The position numbers and the translations under genes are program-made. This document shows, piece after piece, positions 62,621 through 64,000 of a stretch of DNA of 64,000 bases. Under the pieces are notes generated by a model. The model was not told where the DNA came from and did not search any database. It saw only the letters and a list, made by a program, of their open reading frames with translations. How positions within the stretch are numbered: the stretch's first letter is position 1; the number at the start of each line of letters is the position of its first letter. This DNA is from an uncultured Alphaproteobacteria bacterium (GTDB taxonomy: Bacteria > Pseudomonadota > Alphaproteobacteria > Rhizobiales > Xanthobacteraceae), in assembly GCA_963739075.1 (NCBI GenBank), contig CAVTZC010000012.1, positions 42,650-106,649 of the forward strand, in the 5' to 3' direction.

Positions 62621-63811
62621 ATGCCCGCTCCCCGCGACTTCATCGACGGCCCCTGGCGGGCCGTACCGGTGCTTGGCATCACTCAGATCTTGTCCTGGGG
62701 CACGATCTTTTACACGCCGGTGCTGATCGTACCGCTGATCGCGGCCGAACACGGCTGGTCGATGTCGTTCGCCATGGGCGGCTTTTCGGTCGGCTTATTG
62801 GCGGCCGGCTTGAGCGCGCCTTACGTCGGTCGTTCGATCGACCGCTTCGGCGGACACGTGGTGATGACCATCGGCTCGCTGATCGGCGCGCTCGGCCTCG
62901 CGCTCATCGTTCACGTCGCCAGCCGTGTCAGCTATCTCGCCGTGTGGGTGGTGCTCGGCATCGCCATGGCGGCGAACCTGTACGATTCCGCCTTCGCGAC
63001 GCTCGGCCGCATCTTCGGCGCCGGCGCGCGCTCGCCGATCACCGCGCTGACGCTCGCCGGCGGCTTTGCCTCGACGGTGAGCTGGCCGGCGACGCATTTC
63101 CTGCTCGATGCCGTTGGTTGGCGCGGGACCTATCTGGTCTATGCCGCGCTGCTGGCCTGCATATCGGCGCCGCTGCATGCCTTGGCGCTGCCGCGCCTGC
63201 GCTTCGAGGTGGAGGCAAAGCCGGTGAGCGACGCACCGGCGCCGCCGGCGGTGCTGCCGCCCTATGGCTGGCCGTTCGTCTTGGTGGCGGCGGCATTCGC
63301 GACCTATGCCTTCGTGCCGTCCGGACTGTCCGCGCACCTGTTGGCGATTTTCGCGCGGTCCGGCATCGATGCCGGAACGGTGGTCTGGATCGGCGCGCTG
63401 TTCGGGCCGGCGCAGGTCGGCGCGCGGCTGATCGAATTCGCCTTCGGGCGCGACCTGCATCCGCTGTGGGTGGCGCGCTTCGCACTGTCGGTTCTGCTCT
63501 GCGCCTTCACCCTGCTCGCGGTGCTCGGTATATCGGTGCCGGTGGCGGCGGCCTTTGCGTTGATGTTCGGCGGCGCCAACGGCCTCGTCACCATCACGCG
63601 CGGGGCGGTGCCGCTGGCCCTGTTCGGCGCCTCCGGCTATGGGCGGCTGATGGGCCGGCTCGCGGGTCCTTGGCTGCTGATGCAGGCGGCGGCCCCGATG
63701 GTCATGGCCTTTGTGGTGGATCGCGCCACCGATGCGGCGGCGCTGGCGCTCGCCGCCGGCTTCGCGGCAGCAGCCCTGGTCTGCTTCCTCCTGATCAAAC
63801 GGCCGCGCTAG
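62621..63811 (+). CDS. MFS transporter
   Basis: 12-TM-like hydrophobic pattern with the ...GRSIDRFGG... loop motif. Confidence 0.75.
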   Translation: MPAPRDFIDGPWRAVPVLGITQILSWGTIFYTPVLIVPLIAAEHGWSMSFAMGGFSVGLLAAGLSAPYVGRSIDRFGGHVVMTIGSLIGALGLALIVHVASRVSYLAVWVVLGIAMAANLYDSAFATLGRIFGAGARSPITALTLAGGFASTVSWPATHFLLDAVGWRGTYLVYAALLACISAPLHALALPRLRFEVEAKPVSDAPAPPAVLPPYGWPFVLVAAAFATYAFVPSGLSAHLLAIFARSGIDAGTVVWIGALFGPAQVGARLIEFAFGRDLHPLWVARFALSVLLCAFTLLAVLGISVPVAAAFALMFGGANGLVTITRGAVPLALFGASGYGRLMGRLAGPWLLMQAAAPMVMAFVVDRATDAAALALAAGFAAAALVCFLLIKRPR

Positions 63812-64000
63812 TCGAACAAAACGTCGATGTCGCGCTGGCTGGTGTGGCCGGAATCGCCGTCGAGCCGGGGGCCGTTGAGTAAAGTCTGGTGGCAGGCCGG
63901 CTTGGCGGCGGGCGTATCGCCCGGCTGGCCTTGGTGGCGGTCTAGCATGCCCTCCACCTGCTCCTCGATCACGGTCAAGGTCTCGATCACGTTGCCGATG
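63808..64000 (-). CDS. 3' end of an unidentified gene (partial; start lies beyond the window end)
   Basis: Frame open to the window edge with GC-rich third positions: ...IGNVIETLTVIEEQVEGMLDRHQGQ...DIDVLFD*. Its stop overlaps the convergent MFS stop within CTAG (63808-63811). Confidence 0.35.
   Translation of the reverse strand, partial: IGNVIETLTVIEEQVEGMLDRHQGQPGDTPAAKPACHQTLLNGPRLDGDSGHTSQRDIDVLFD

Overview
High-GC alphaproteobacterial chromosome segment. Protein sequences and the intergenic hairpin repeats suggest a Nitrobacteraceae/Bradyrhizobiaceae-type genome (Bradyrhizobium, Rhodopseudomonas, Afipia or Nitrobacter-like); this is an inference. The window is almost entirely core housekeeping DNA. 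In order it contains: a MotA/MotB-like pair plus a GNAT gene; suhB; the tkt-gap-pgk-fba block; ZauP-like/zapA, a candidate 6S RNA and 5-formyl-THF cyclo-ligase; yebC; ruvCAB; ybgC, tolQRAB, pal, cpoB, tilS and ftsH; a glycolate oxidase cluster (glcD/E/F); a porin; a branched-chain/amide-type ABC importer with an amidase; and groESL with a CIRCE operator. I saw no rRNA, tRNA, CRISPR array, transposase, integrase or recognisable defence system. Four conserved genes look broken. Two carry in-frame TAG codons, both in a CCTAG context (thiM and an ARPP-1-like gene). Two carry 1-nt frameshifts in 4-nt homopolymers (the normally essential tilS and an ABC permease/ATPase). These may be assembly or base-calling artefacts, or real lesions. 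Other points worth a second look are an uncharacterised stator-like MotA/MotB-coiled-coil/GNAT operon, a histone-H1-like lysine-rich tail fused to a Rossmann-type protein, a TPP riboswitch plus thiM embedded in the glc cluster, a palindromic operator over a near-consensus promoter, and two families of hairpin repeats, one of which supplies the C-terminus and stop codon of a gene. All starts were chosen by eye from RBS and homology logic. Family assignments are from memory of conserved motifs, not from searches.
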